The notes beneath the pieces were generated by a model. The model made no database searches, was not told the origin of the DNA, and saw only the letters and a list, made by a program, of their open reading frames with translations. 64,000 nucleotides of DNA, taken from assembly GCA_965202985.1 (NCBI GenBank), contig CBDBCF010000001.1, positions 2,784,001-2,848,000 of the forward strand. The letters run 5' to 3'. This DNA is from Longimicrobiales bacterium (GTDB taxonomy: Bacteria > Gemmatimonadota > Gemmatimonadetes > Longimicrobiales > Gaopeijiaceae). Every line of letters starts with the position of its first letter. The first letter of the stretch is position 1. This document shows, piece after piece, positions 13,467 through 23,452 of this stretch. Both the position numbers and the translations under genes were made by a program.

Positions 13467-15236
13467 ATGTCCTCCGACTCCGACTCCGCCGCCGGCCTCG
13501 CCGTCCGGTACGAACCCGACGAGCGCCCCCCCAACGCCCTCTCGTTCGGGTTGGCGTTCCAGTTCGTCATGCTCACCGTGGCCGGCATCGTCTTGACGCC
13601 GGCGATCGTGGTGCGCGCCGCCGCCGCGGGCGAAGCCTATCTGTCGTGGGCCGTCTTTGCCGCGCTCCTAATCTGCGGCGTCACCACGGTGCTCCAGGCG
13701 GTGCGCGTGGGCCGCGTGGGCTCGGGCTACGTGTTGCTGATGGGCACCTCGGGCGCCTTCATCGCCGTGTGCGTCACGGCCCTGGCGGAAGGCGGACCGG
13801 GGATGCTGGCGGTGCTGGTGATCCTCTCGTCGCTCTTCCAGTTCGTGCTGTCGTGGCGGCTGGCGTGGCTCCGCCGGATCATCACGCCGACGGTGGCCGG
13901 CACCGTGATCATGCTCATCTCGGTCACGGTGATGCCGATCGTCTTCGACCTTCTCACGGACGTCCCGGCGGAAACGGCCCGCTTGGCCGCGCCGGCCAGC
14001 GCCGCGGCGACGCTCCTGGTCACCTTGGTGGTCGTCTTGCGCGGATCCGGTCCGTGGCGTCTGTGGGCGCCGGTGATCGGCATCCTGGTGGGCTGCATCG
14101 TCGCCGGGTGGTTCGGCCTCTACAACATTGGCAGAGTCGCGGACGCCGGCTGGGTCGGCCTCCCCGACGCCGGTTGGCCGGGCTTCGAGTTCAGCGTTAC
14201 GCCCGCGTTCTGGGCGCTGATGCCGGCGTTTGTGCTGGTCACGCTGGTGGGCGCCATCGAGACGATCGGCGACTCGGTGGCCATCCAGACCGTCTCCTGG
14301 CGACGGCCCCGCGCCACCGACTTCCGAGCGGTGCAGGGCGCCGTGGCGGCCGACGGCGTGGGCAACTTGCTGTCGGGGCTGGCAGCGACCGTGCCCAACA
14401 CGACGTACTCGTCCAGCGTGGCCGTCACCGAGATCACCGGCGTGGCGGCGCGGCGCGTGGGCGTCTTCATCGGCGTCATCTTCTTCGCCTTGGCGTTCCT
14501 GCCCAAGACCACCGCGCTGTTGCTGGCCATCCCGAACCCGGTGATCGGCGCCTACGCCCTGGTGCTCATGGCGATCCTGTTCGTGCTGGGCATGAAGATC
14601 GCCGCCCAGGACGGCATGGACTACCGCAAGGCCACCGTGGTGGGCGTGGCCTTCTGGATCGGCGCCGGGTTCCAGAACGGAACGATCTTTCCCAGCTACT
14701 TGGGCGAATGGTGGGGCGGACTCTTGGGGAACGGCATGACGGCCGGCGGGCTCGCCGCCTTGATCCTGTCGGCGTTCATGGAGCTGACGGGTCCCCGGCG
14801 CAAGCGCATGGAAGCCCCGCTGGACGCCGCGGCCGTCCACAAAGTCAGAACGTTCCTGGAGAACTATGCCTCGCGCATGGGGTGGGGAGCGGAGATGGCC
14901 GACCGCATGTGCTTGGTGGCCGAAGAGGCGCTTGAAGTTCTCAAGGAGCGGAACGCCGAGCGGTCGGAGGGCGAAGCGAGCCGCGTCCTGGTCGTGGCCG
15001 GGAGCGACGGTTCGGAAGCCGAGATGGAGTTCGTCGCCGGAGGGGCCGGCGGGAACATCGAGGACCGAATCGCGCTCCTGGGCGAATTGCCTTCCACCCC
15101 GGCGGAACAGGAGATGTCGTTGCGGCTGCTCCGCCACTTCGCGTCGTCCGTGCGCCACCAGCAGTACCAGGACGCCGACATCGTGACCGTCCGCGTGAAG
15201 GCGCCCGGCGCGCCGCAGACGGCGGAGGGCGGCTAG
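13467..15236 (+). CDS. NCS2/xanthine-uracil family permease with an extra C-terminal cytoplasmic HATPase-like domain
   Basis: Many TM segments, IETIGD, ADGVGN, PNTTYSS...TGVAARRVG, IPNPVIG; soluble ~150-aa tail. Confidence 0.8.
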   Translation: MSSDSDSAAGLAVRYEPDERPPNALSFGLAFQFVMLTVAGIVLTPAIVVRAAAAGEAYLSWAVFAALLICGVTTVLQAVRVGRVGSGYVLLMGTSGAFIAVCVTALAEGGPGMLAVLVILSSLFQFVLSWRLAWLRRIITPTVAGTVIMLISVTVMPIVFDLLTDVPAETARLAAPASAAATLLVTLVVVLRGSGPWRLWAPVIGILVGCIVAGWFGLYNIGRVADAGWVGLPDAGWPGFEFSVTPAFWALMPAFVLVTLVGAIETIGDSVAIQTVSWRRPRATDFRAVQGAVAADGVGNLLSGLAATVPNTTYSSSVAVTEITGVAARRVGVFIGVIFFALAFLPKTTALLLAIPNPVIGAYALVLMAILFVLGMKIAAQDGMDYRKATVVGVAFWIGAGFQNGTIFPSYLGEWWGGLLGNGMTAGGLAALILSAFMELTGPRRKRMEAPLDAAAVHKVRTFLENYASRMGWGAEMADRMCLVAEEALEVLKERNAERSEGEASRVLVVAGSDGSEAEMEFVAGGAGGNIEDRIALLGELPSTPAEQEMSLRLLRHFASSVRHQQYQDADIVTVRVKAPGAPQTAEGG

Positions 15237-15286
15237 CGGGCGGCGGCCTGCGACGGGGCCGGCCGGCGGACGCCAGCGAGCGTTCC

Positions 15287-16639
15287 CTACTGCGACACGA
15301 CGCGCTTCCCCGGTCGGGCTCGGTACTTCTCGTACAGCGACTTGTGCTTGTTGTCCAAGCTGACGCCTCGGCCCAGGATGAACATATCGGTGACCTGGGT
15401 CTGGATCTCCAGCGGGTCCCCGTCGGTGATCATGATGTTGGCCAGCTTGCCGGGTTCGATCGTGCCGATCCTGTCGCCGAACCCCAGCATATCGGCGGCG
15501 TTCTTGGTGACCGCGGCCAACGCCGCCTCGCGGGGCAGGCCGTAGGGCACCGCTTGGGCGGCCTCGTAGGGCAGCGTGCGGGAGGCCGACGAGTTGAAGG
15601 TGGCGAAGGCGATCTTGACGCCGGCGGCGTGAAGCTTGCCGGGGTTGGCGTAGGCCTCGTCGTACGGGGCATCCGGCCCCGACGGCATCGACTGAGTGGG
15701 CGAGAGGACGACGCTCACGTCGTTCTCCGCCAGCCAGTCGGCGATCTTCCACGCTTGGCGGCCTCCGGCGATCACGAAGTCGATCTCCTGCCGCTGCGCC
15801 CACTCAACGGCGTTTCGGATGTTCCGCTCGCCGTCCGCGGCCAGCAGCACCGGCATCTCGCGGCTCACGACCTTGGCCAGCGCTTCGTTCTTCAGGTCGC
15901 GGCGCAGTTCCGCCCCGGCCTCCACCGCTTGACGATACCGCCGCGCCGCCTCCATCCATTCGTCCAGGCGCGCCACGGCTTCTTCATACTGCTCCTGCTG
16001 CCGTCGCCATCCGCCCTCGGCCGGCGGTCCGAAGCGCCCGAAGCGTCCGCCTCCGCCGCCCAGCCGCGGGTACTGGACGACCATCGCCGCGCCCGGCTCG
16101 ATCGACATCTCCTCGACGGTCCAGCCGTCCAGCCCGATCAGCGACGCTTGGCCGGGGATGGCGCCGTTGCCGCCCTGGGGCGCCGCCATCGTCAGCGCGA
16201 TCCCGTTGGCGCGCGCGACGGGGATGTGCTCGGTGGCCGGGTGGATCGCCGTGGCCGCCTGCAGATGCGGGTTGAAGTCGCCCTGCTCGCGGGAGTCGTT
16301 GGTCATGTCCACGGCGCCGATCTCGGTCAGCCCCAAGCCCGAGACGGCATCGAACATGCCCGGGTACACGTGCCTGCCGGCCGCGTCCACGATCTCGGCG
16401 CCGGGAGGCGCTTCCACGTCGGCCCCGGCCGCCACGATCCGGCCGCCTTCGATCACCACCGTGCCGACGAACGTCTCGCCCGCCAGCGTGTGCACGGTGC
16501 CGCCTTGGATGGCGTAGGTCTGGGCCGCGGCGGGGGCAGCGGCTCCGGCTGCCGCGAGCGCGAGTGCGAGTGCGAGTGCGATCGGGACGGCGCCCCCGCT
16601 GTGCGCGTAGGCCCTGTGCAGGTTGGTGATGCGAGTCAT
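15287..16639 (-). CDS. Secreted amidohydrolase-family protein lacking the HxH metal motif
   Basis: Signal peptide ending AAAQ; VYPGMFDAVS, GTIEPGKLAN, DGDPLE; start overlaps the upstream stop. Confidence 0.8.
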   Translation of the reverse strand: MTRITNLHRAYAHSGGAVPIALALALALAAAGAAAPAAAQTYAIQGGTVHTLAGETFVGTVVIEGGRIVAAGADVEAPPGAEIVDAAGRHVYPGMFDAVSGLGLTEIGAVDMTNDSREQGDFNPHLQAATAIHPATEHIPVARANGIALTMAAPQGGNGAIPGQASLIGLDGWTVEEMSIEPGAAMVVQYPRLGGGGGRFGRFGPPAEGGWRRQQEQYEEAVARLDEWMEAARRYRQAVEAGAELRRDLKNEALAKVVSREMPVLLAADGERNIRNAVEWAQRQEIDFVIAGGRQAWKIADWLAENDVSVVLSPTQSMPSGPDAPYDEAYANPGKLHAAGVKIAFATFNSSASRTLPYEAAQAVPYGLPREAALAAVTKNAADMLGFGDRIGTIEPGKLANIMITDGDPLEIQTQVTDMFILGRGVSLDNKHKSLYEKYRARPGKRVVSQ

Positions 16640-19446
16640 CGGTTCGTCTCCATGTGCTTGTTCAGAAGCGCTTCCTTCTCGGCCTCGACGGCTGCTCGGC
16701 GCTCCCGGTCCATGTCGATGTCGAAGTACAGCTTGCCGTCCACGTAGGTCTGCACGGCCTTGCCGTACATGCTCAGCGGATGCCCTTCCCAGATCACCAC
16801 GTCGGCGTCCTTCCCTTCGTCGATGGAGCCGATGCGGTCTTCCAGGCCGAACTGAATCGCCGGGTTCAGCGTCACCAGGCGCAACGCCTGCTCCTCGTTC
16901 ATGCCGCCCCACTTCATCGACTTGGCGGCCTCCTGGTTGAGGTGGCGGATCTCCTCGCCCGAATCGGAGTTGATCGACACCAGCACCCCTCGCTCCTCCA
17001 TCAGGGCGGCGTTGTGCGGGATCGCTTCGTACGCCTCGACTTTGTACGCCCACCAGTCGGAGAAGGTGGACGCGCCCGCCCCGTGCGCCGCGATCTCGTC
17101 GGCCACCCTGTAGCCTTCCAAGACGTGCTGGAGCGTGCGCACGCGGAAGCCGAACTCTTCGGCCAACCGGAGCAGCTGCAAGATCTCGTCGGCCCGATAG
17201 GAGTGCGAATGAACCCAGCGCTCGTCCGTCAGGATCTCCCCGAGCGCCTCCAGCTTGAGGTCCCGTCTCGGGGCCACGCCCCTTCGTCCGCCCTCCTCGT
17301 AGGCGTCCCACGCCTCCATGTACTCGCGCGCGTCCAGGAACGCCTGTCTGATCACGTCCTGCACGCCCATTCGGGTGGCGGGGTAGCGGTCCGGGTTGCG
17401 GTCGCGCTTCGTGTTCTCGCCCAACGCGAACTTGATCCCCTTGCGAGCGCCCATCCGCAGGTCGGCCGCGTCGGCGCCCCAGCGCAGCTTGATCACCGAG
17501 TTGCCGCCGCCGATCGGGTTGGCGGAGCCGTGGAGGATGTTGATCGTCGTGACGCCGCCGGCCAGCGCGCGGTACATGCCCACGTCCTCGGGCCGCAGCA
17601 CGTCCTCGATCGTGACCATCGACGACACGTTCACGGTGCCTTCGTTGATGCTCAGCGCCGCCATGTGGGAGTGCGCGTCGAAGATGCCCGGCGTGACGAA
17701 CTTGCCCGTGGCGTCCACCACCGCAGCGTCTGCCGGCGCGTCCAGCCCGGTCCCGATCTCGGCGATCTTGCCGTCGCGCATCAGCACGTCGGTGTTTTCC
17801 AGGGTGCCGCGCGACGCCGTGAGCACGGTCGCGTTCCTGATCAGCGTCGCCGGGTCGTCGCGGTACGGACCCTTGTCGGCGCTCATCGGCACTGGCGGCG
17901 CCGACGGGTCGGGGCCGGCGTTCCGTCCGCCGCGACCTCCGCGTGCTCCGCGGCCTCCGCCGGGCCCGCCGCCCGCGCCCCGCCGCCCGGAGCGCGCATC
18001 GTCCTCTTCTTCGTCACCCTCGTCTTCCGCCGCCTCGTCTTCTTCCTGGCCCATCTCGAAGAGCTCGCCGTCCACAAAGACGATCTCCACGCGCGCGTCC
18101 TCGTCGAGCAGGCTGCCGTCGGCGACCACCAGGTTGGCGATCTTGCCGGCTTCCACCGATCCCAGTCGGTCGGAGACGCCGAAGATCTCGGCGGGCGACA
18201 GCGTGAGCGCCCGAATCGCGTCCTCCTCGGACAGCCCTTGGGCGACGGCCCGGCGGACGGCCGGCAGCGCCTCCGACGGCTGGTCCAGCCCGCCGACGTA
18301 GAAGGCGAACGGAACGCCCGCCTGGGCCAGCACGCCCGGCGTTGTCGGGGCGCGGTCGTACAGGCGCAGTTCCTCGAGGGACGGCACGGCCTCCGGGTCG
18401 CCGTTGCGGGGCGGCTCGGGCCAGTCCAGGTCCACCAGCGCGGGCACGCCCGCTTCGGCCAGCACGTCGGCGGCGGCGAAGGCGCCGTGAGCACCGTACA
18501 CGATCGGCCGGACGCCCATCTCGCGCGTGGTCTCCAGAGCGCGTCCCACGTCCGAACGACTGGTCGCGGGGAAGAGGACGGGCCAGCCCTCCTCGAACTG
18601 CAGTCGCACCGGCTCCAGCGACGCGTCCCACTCGGGCCGCCTCTTGCCGCTGGGATCGGTCTCGTAGGCGCTCCAGGCGTCGTCGTAGTGCTTCGCGTCG
18701 TAGTACAGCTGCTTCAAGTAGGCGAAGACGCCCATGGGGCTGCCCGGATAGCCGGTGTAGGTGCGCGACCGGTCCTGCAGGTTGACCCGCATCGCCGCGG
18801 GCGTCGCCACGACCATCTCCCGAGGCCGCTCGAAGGAGCGGAGGTTGAGGACGGCGGCCTGGCCCGGGAACAGTCCTTCGTGTCGCGTGCTGACGACGGT
18901 GGTGAAGCCGGCCTCGCGCCAAGTCTCGAAGCGCTCGTCGTCGGCCTCGATGTCGTCCGCGGCGGTCAGCCACGTGGAGGTGCCGGGACGGTCTTCCGGT
19001 CCCCACGAGTGGACGGACTCGCCCGACGCTCCGTCGCCGGGGCCGAAGCGCGCGCGGGCGGCGGGCTCCGAGCCGTGGCCCAGCGTGGTGAAGGCGTCGA
19101 AGAAGCCCGGATACACCGTCTTGCCCGTTCCGTCCACGATCCACGCGCCCGGAGGCGGCTCGACCGAAGACCCCACCGCCCCGATGACCCCGTCGTCCAC
19201 GACCACGGTGCCGCCCTCCACGACCCCGCCCGAGACGGTCACGATCCGGGCGTTGACTACGGCGTAGAGGCCGATCCCCTCGGGCCGGGTGGGCCTGGGC
19301 TGGGCGTCCAGCGCAGCGGCAAGCGTCGCGAACGGCGGCAGGGCGACCGCGACGGACAGAAGCCGAGCGAAGGTGCGTCGGCTGCTCGTCGGGCGGCGAG
19401 CGCGCCGTGCCGTGGGTTCGTCGGGAAGCGTCAAAGGCGGCGTCAT
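16636..19446 (-). CDS. Secreted two-domain amidohydrolase-family protein
   Basis: Domain 1: YPGFFDAF...GSVEAGKIAN. Domain 2: TPGIFDAHSH, KFALGEN, HSYR, QHVLEGY, NSDS, GSIDEGKDAD. Acidic/Gly-rich linker. Start 19446 or 19506. Confidence 0.85.
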   Translation of the reverse strand: MTPPLTLPDEPTARRARRPTSSRRTFARLLSVAVALPPFATLAAALDAQPRPTRPEGIGLYAVVNARIVTVSGGVVEGGTVVVDDGVIGAVGSSVEPPPGAWIVDGTGKTVYPGFFDAFTTLGHGSEPAARARFGPGDGASGESVHSWGPEDRPGTSTWLTAADDIEADDERFETWREAGFTTVVSTRHEGLFPGQAAVLNLRSFERPREMVVATPAAMRVNLQDRSRTYTGYPGSPMGVFAYLKQLYYDAKHYDDAWSAYETDPSGKRRPEWDASLEPVRLQFEEGWPVLFPATSRSDVGRALETTREMGVRPIVYGAHGAFAAADVLAEAGVPALVDLDWPEPPRNGDPEAVPSLEELRLYDRAPTTPGVLAQAGVPFAFYVGGLDQPSEALPAVRRAVAQGLSEEDAIRALTLSPAEIFGVSDRLGSVEAGKIANLVVADGSLLDEDARVEIVFVDGELFEMGQEEDEAAEDEGDEEEDDARSGRRGAGGGPGGGRGARGGRGGRNAGPDPSAPPVPMSADKGPYRDDPATLIRNATVLTASRGTLENTDVLMRDGKIAEIGTGLDAPADAAVVDATGKFVTPGIFDAHSHMAALSINEGTVNVSSMVTIEDVLRPEDVGMYRALAGGVTTINILHGSANPIGGGNSVIKLRWGADAADLRMGARKGIKFALGENTKRDRNPDRYPATRMGVQDVIRQAFLDAREYMEAWDAYEEGGRRGVAPRRDLKLEALGEILTDERWVHSHSYRADEILQLLRLAEEFGFRVRTLQHVLEGYRVADEIAAHGAGASTFSDWWAYKVEAYEAIPHNAALMEERGVLVSINSDSGEEIRHLNQEAAKSMKWGGMNEEQALRLVTLNPAIQFGLEDRIGSIDEGKDADVVIWEGHPLSMYGKAVQTYVDGKLYFDIDMDRERRAAVEAEKEALLNKHMETNR

Positions 19447-19586
19447 CGGGCTTGTCCTTCGTTGACGGTATGCTCGTCCGGTCGTCGGACGCGGGCCATT
19501 AGTCATTGCGCAAGCGCCCGGCGAAAGCAAGCGGCGACCGTCCCCCTCGGGCTTCGCGCGGGGGATGGCCCGCTCGCCGTCGCGGG

Positions 19587-20891
19587 TCACCTGATCAGCA
19601 GGATCCGCCGGGTCGCGGGGTACAGCCACTCCACGCCCCGTTCCGTCACCACGGCGTCGTCTTCCAGCGGAATGCGCACCTTGGCGCCGCCCCACTCCGG
19701 GTTGGCGGTGTAGGCGAACAGCTCCACCGAGATCAAGGTGCCGGGCCGGAGCTCGTACTCCAGGCGGGCAGGGTTGAAGAACGCCAGAGACGGGCCGAAG
19801 CCGTGGCCCCAGTTGCCCACCGAATGAGGTCCGATCACCACGTCGGTGACCGCGGGGTCGTCGGTGGGCCGGTTGAATTCGATGCGGTTGAAGCCCGCGG
19901 CTTGGATGGCGGCCCAGGTGGCGTCCAAGGCTTGGCGGGCGGTGGGCGCGGGTTTGATCGCGGCCTTCATCACGTCGCGCACCTCGACGGCCCGATCGAA
20001 GGCGTGCCGAATCCCCGGCGGCGCTTCCGTCTCGCCCTCGCGCAGCACGTACGCCGTCCGCTTCATGTCGGTGTAGAAGTCCAGGAAGCCGACCCCCCAG
20101 TCGATCATGAGCAGGTCGCCCCGCTGGATGATCCGCTCCGACGACGTGGCTTCGATGCCGCCCGGTCCGGTCACGTAGACCGAAGGCATGTCGAACGAAG
20201 AATCGAGTCCCCGCGCCAGCAGCTGGTCCCACATCCACCACGCCACGTCCTCCAGGGCGGTGACGCCGGGCCGGATCACCTCGTTGGAAAACGCGCGCTC
20301 GGCGATCTCGCGGCTGATCTCTCCGGCTTCGGCGAAGGCGGCGATCTCGGAGGCCGTGCGCGTGCTCCGGAAGTCGGACACGAAGCGCTCGGCCGACACC
20401 AGCCGGTCCCGATAGGAGGCGCCCAGCACGTTCTGCAAGTGCAGGAACGACGTGTGCGACAGGCCGTCGGCCCCGCCGATCGACGCCGCCATGTTGACGC
20501 CGATCCGCTGCGGGTCGCGCGCGGCCACGTACGAGCGCAGGGAGTCGGCCGGGCCGAACCGGTCGTAGACGCCGCAACGCTCCAGCATGTAGCCGCCGGC
20601 GCCGAAGACGGCCCGCTCGGCCCGCTCCTCGCCGGCCGCGAACACCCAGTACGCCCATCCGCCCACGTACCCCCGGCCCAGCGCCTCCCACATGGGGTCG
20701 AGAAGCCCCTCCCGCATGACCACGATCCACATGTCCAGACGGTTGTCCGCCAGCGCCTTGGGCAGCACCAGGTCGAACTTCTCGGCGCGGATCTGGCACA
20801 TGCGCTCCCATCTGCGCCGGGCCTCCTGGCCGTCGGCATCGGCGGGCGAGAAGAGCGCGACCAAGGCAAGCAACGTCGCCCAGCGCCTCAC
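19587..20891 (-). CDS. M24 family metallopeptidase (Xaa-Pro aminopeptidase-like), secreted
   Basis: GDLLMIDWG...YTDMKRTAY, HSVGNWGHG, SVEL, LEDDAVVT; GTG overlaps the upstream stop. Confidence 0.85.
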   Translation of the reverse strand: MRRWATLLALVALFSPADADGQEARRRWERMCQIRAEKFDLVLPKALADNRLDMWIVVMREGLLDPMWEALGRGYVGGWAYWVFAAGEERAERAVFGAGGYMLERCGVYDRFGPADSLRSYVAARDPQRIGVNMAASIGGADGLSHTSFLHLQNVLGASYRDRLVSAERFVSDFRSTRTASEIAAFAEAGEISREIAERAFSNEVIRPGVTALEDVAWWMWDQLLARGLDSSFDMPSVYVTGPGGIEATSSERIIQRGDLLMIDWGVGFLDFYTDMKRTAYVLREGETEAPPGIRHAFDRAVEVRDVMKAAIKPAPTARQALDATWAAIQAAGFNRIEFNRPTDDPAVTDVVIGPHSVGNWGHGFGPSLAFFNPARLEYELRPGTLISVELFAYTANPEWGGAKVRIPLEDDAVVTERGVEWLYPATRRILLIR

Positions 20892-22663
20892 GGCAGCAGC
20901 ACCCACGCCGACCGAGCCACGCCGCCCTTGTCCGACCGAGCTGCCACCCGCGCCCGGGCCGCGCCGCCGGTCCTCCGCACCGTCCAGGACACGGCCTGGG
21001 ACGACCCGCCGCCCGGGTCCAGAAACGAATTGGCCCCTGCCAGATGGGGAACGGCGATCCGGGAACGGCCCGCGACAAGTTCGAGGCCTTCGTACTCGAG
21101 CGTCGCCGCCGGGGCGCGGACGACTTGCCGGTCCACGTGCCCGTCCGGCCGCTCGCGGCCCACGGCGCCCCGGCCCGTGACGCTGGTGGGCAGGAACCCC
21201 GTGTTGGAGACGGTTGCCGACACGCGAAAGGTCCCGTCGTCCGCCAGCGGCTCGAACGACGGGTCGGTCACCGCCAACAGCGGGGTCTGCTCGGCCAAGT
21301 AGAGGATCCAAGGCAGCTGCACCGCGGTTTCTTCCTCCAGGAACTCGGGCGGCGGATTCTGGCCCCAGAACTTGGAGTGCCAGCCGCCGATCTCCACGGC
21401 CCCCAGCTGCGGATGGTCGTAGGGCGTCCAATCCGAGAAGTAGCGACCGCCCAGCACCTCGTCGTTGAAGCGGTGCTGCTCGGCGGGGCTCGCTTCGCCG
21501 TCGCCGTCGTAGTCCGTGACCCAGGCTTCCGGTCCGGGCGAGAACTCGGGCACCCAGCCGATCACGCCGTGGTCCCAGTAGGCCCACGAGATGAAGGTGC
21601 CGTACCGATGCTCGGTGGGGTGCGTGGCGCTGGGCACCACGGGCCTGCCCGTCGAGCGCGTGTACGCTTCGCCCAGGTGGACGATCAGCGCCAGGTCGTC
21701 CTTGGGGAACAGCGACGGCGCCGACGCGGAGGGCAACCGGTACACGAAGCCCCCCGACGTGTGGCCGTGGACGATCCCCGCGATGTTGCGCCGAACGTCC
21801 ACGAAGGCGGCCGCGGCTCGGGTCTCGGGCTCGGAGAGCGGGTAGTTGCCGGCGCCCGGCTGCAGGTGTCGGCGCTCCCAGTTGCGCGGGAAGTTGCGGT
21901 TCATGTCGCCGCCGCCGAAGCCGTCCTCGTTGATCCGGCCGTCGCCGTCGTTGTCCACGCCCTCGCGCACCACCCGGTAGCGCCGGCCCGCCGACGTTCG
22001 CTCGGGGTCGCGGATCAGGATGCGGTCGTCCGTCGGGTCGGCGGCCCACTCGCCGTCCGGGTCGGGCTCTCGCATCTGCGTGATCCAGCCGTCGCCGTCC
22101 AGGTCGTCGGGAGGGTCCTCGTCGGCCAGGCCGTCCTCGTCTTCGTCGAAGGGGCGCGTGGTGCTGCGCAGGAACTGGTCGTGCACCAAGGCCAGGTCCG
22201 AGCCGTCCGGGTTGAACTTGGGGCGCACGTAGAAGGCCCGCTTGTCCAGGAGCGCGGTGACGCGGGGGTCGCGCCCGTACTCGGTCAGCAGGTGGCCGAC
22301 CAGGTGCGTGGCCACGGCCGACGCGGTCAGTTCTCCCGCGTGAATGCCGCCGTCCACGTAGAGCGCGGGCTTCTCGGCGGCGGGACCCGTGGCCTGGTTG
22401 GTGATCTCGATGACCATGAGGGGCCGCCCGCGGTAGCTCTCGCCGATCTGGCGCAGCTCGGTCAGCTGCGGGAAGAGGACGTGGTACTCCCGCAGGATCT
22501 GGTCGGTCTCGGCGGCGGTGTAGAAGCGGTTCCAGTCGGCCTCGCCGGCGGGCGACACGAGACTGGACGCCTGCCAGGCCGCGACGCCGGACGGCGGTGC
22601 AGCGCCGGGCGCGGCGGTCAGCAGCACGGCGGCCGACCAGCGGAGGAGGCGGGTCGTGTTCAC
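20888..22663 (-). CDS. M14 family zinc carboxypeptidase, secreted, with Dx[DN]xDG motifs
   Basis: GGIHAGE, NPDG, DMNRNFP, PLSEPET, HGHT; RBS AAGGAG. Confidence 0.85.
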   Translation of the reverse strand: MNTTRLLRWSAAVLLTAAPGAAPPSGVAAWQASSLVSPAGEADWNRFYTAAETDQILREYHVLFPQLTELRQIGESYRGRPLMVIEITNQATGPAAEKPALYVDGGIHAGELTASAVATHLVGHLLTEYGRDPRVTALLDKRAFYVRPKFNPDGSDLALVHDQFLRSTTRPFDEDEDGLADEDPPDDLDGDGWITQMREPDPDGEWAADPTDDRILIRDPERTSAGRRYRVVREGVDNDGDGRINEDGFGGGDMNRNFPRNWERRHLQPGAGNYPLSEPETRAAAAFVDVRRNIAGIVHGHTSGGFVYRLPSASAPSLFPKDDLALIVHLGEAYTRSTGRPVVPSATHPTEHRYGTFISWAYWDHGVIGWVPEFSPGPEAWVTDYDGDGEASPAEQHRFNDEVLGGRYFSDWTPYDHPQLGAVEIGGWHSKFWGQNPPPEFLEEETAVQLPWILYLAEQTPLLAVTDPSFEPLADDGTFRVSATVSNTGFLPTSVTGRGAVGRERPDGHVDRQVVRAPAATLEYEGLELVAGRSRIAVPHLAGANSFLDPGGGSSQAVSWTVRRTGGAARARVAARSDKGGVARSAWVLLP

Positions 22664-23262
22664 GGCGAAGGAACTCCTTGTCGGGTTGGCGAGGCCGGGG
22701 TCGGCGAGGCGGCGGGCGCGCACTCGTGGAGGCGGCCTGCGTCGGGGGCTTCCGGCTTCGTCCAGAGTATCCAGTAGTCGTCCAAGCTGTCGTCGTCGCT
22801 GCCCAGCTCGGCGCGCCCGGGCGGCAGGCCGTTGAGGCGAAAGATGTAGGCCAGGGCGTCGGTGACCTGCCGGCGCGTCAGCGTGCCCGGGGCGCCGTGC
22901 GGCATCCGCTGGTAGACCCAGTGCCAGAGCCGGTACACGGACGCCTCTTCCCAGCGCCCCAAGAACGCCGGGTCGGTCCAGTCCTGGGACTCGTGGCACT
23001 CCGAGCAGATCTGCCGGTAGACCTGGAGGCCGCGGTCGGCCTGGGCGTCCGAGTAGATGCCGTGCAGCGTATTGGGCTCGTCCGCCTTCGAGCGCACCGA
23101 CGAAGCACCCGACGAGCCGCTCGGCGCTGGGCTCGGCGAAGCCGTCGCGCCCGGGCCGGAGGTCCGGCACGACGCGAACGCAGGCAGCGAGAGCGCCAAG
23201 GCCAGGACGACCGAGACGGCGGGAAGGCGCGTGCGCGAAGGCGAGATTACGGAATCGATCAT
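22660..23262 (-). CDS. Monoheme cytochrome c lipoprotein
   Basis: CSECH haem motif, YSDAQADRG, MP distal ligand, lipobox FASC. Confidence 0.8.
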   Translation of the reverse strand: MIDSVISPSRTRLPAVSVVLALALSLPAFASCRTSGPGATASPSPAPSGSSGASSVRSKADEPNTLHGIYSDAQADRGLQVYRQICSECHESQDWTDPAFLGRWEEASVYRLWHWVYQRMPHGAPGTLTRRQVTDALAYIFRLNGLPPGRAELGSDDDSLDDYWILWTKPEAPDAGRLHECAPAASPTPASPTRQGVPSP

Positions 23263-23357
23263 GGGAGTCGTCTCGAAGCTTGGGGCGGTCCGCCGCGTCG
23301 CGGCAAGCGTCCGGCCCTGGACAACCGTCGGCCTCGGGCTAGGTTGGCGGACGCCTT

Positions 23358-23432
23358 GGGCGCTTAGCTCAGTTGGTCCAGAGCGCCTGCCTTACAAGCA
23401 GGAGGTCGCTGGTTCGAATCCAGCAGCGCCCA
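23358..23432 (+). tRNA. tRNA-Val(TAC)
   Basis: GGGCGCT acceptor stem, anticodon arm CCTGC-CTTACAA-GCAGG, GGTTCGAATCC T-arm; CCA not encoded. Confidence 0.95.
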
Positions 23433-23452
23433 TCCAGCATCGACGGCACCGA

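Noticed and set aside
16550..16582. (GCGAGT)n hexamer repeat
   Set aside because: Encodes the Ala-Leu run of a signal peptide; no sign of phase variation.
19447..21078. Apparent 1480-aa amidohydrolase ORF extension
   Set aside because: The upstream part overlaps the real M24 gene in another frame.
23358..23432. tRNA-Val as an integration site
   Set aside because: No integrase nearby and no duplicated tRNA 3' end noticed in the window.
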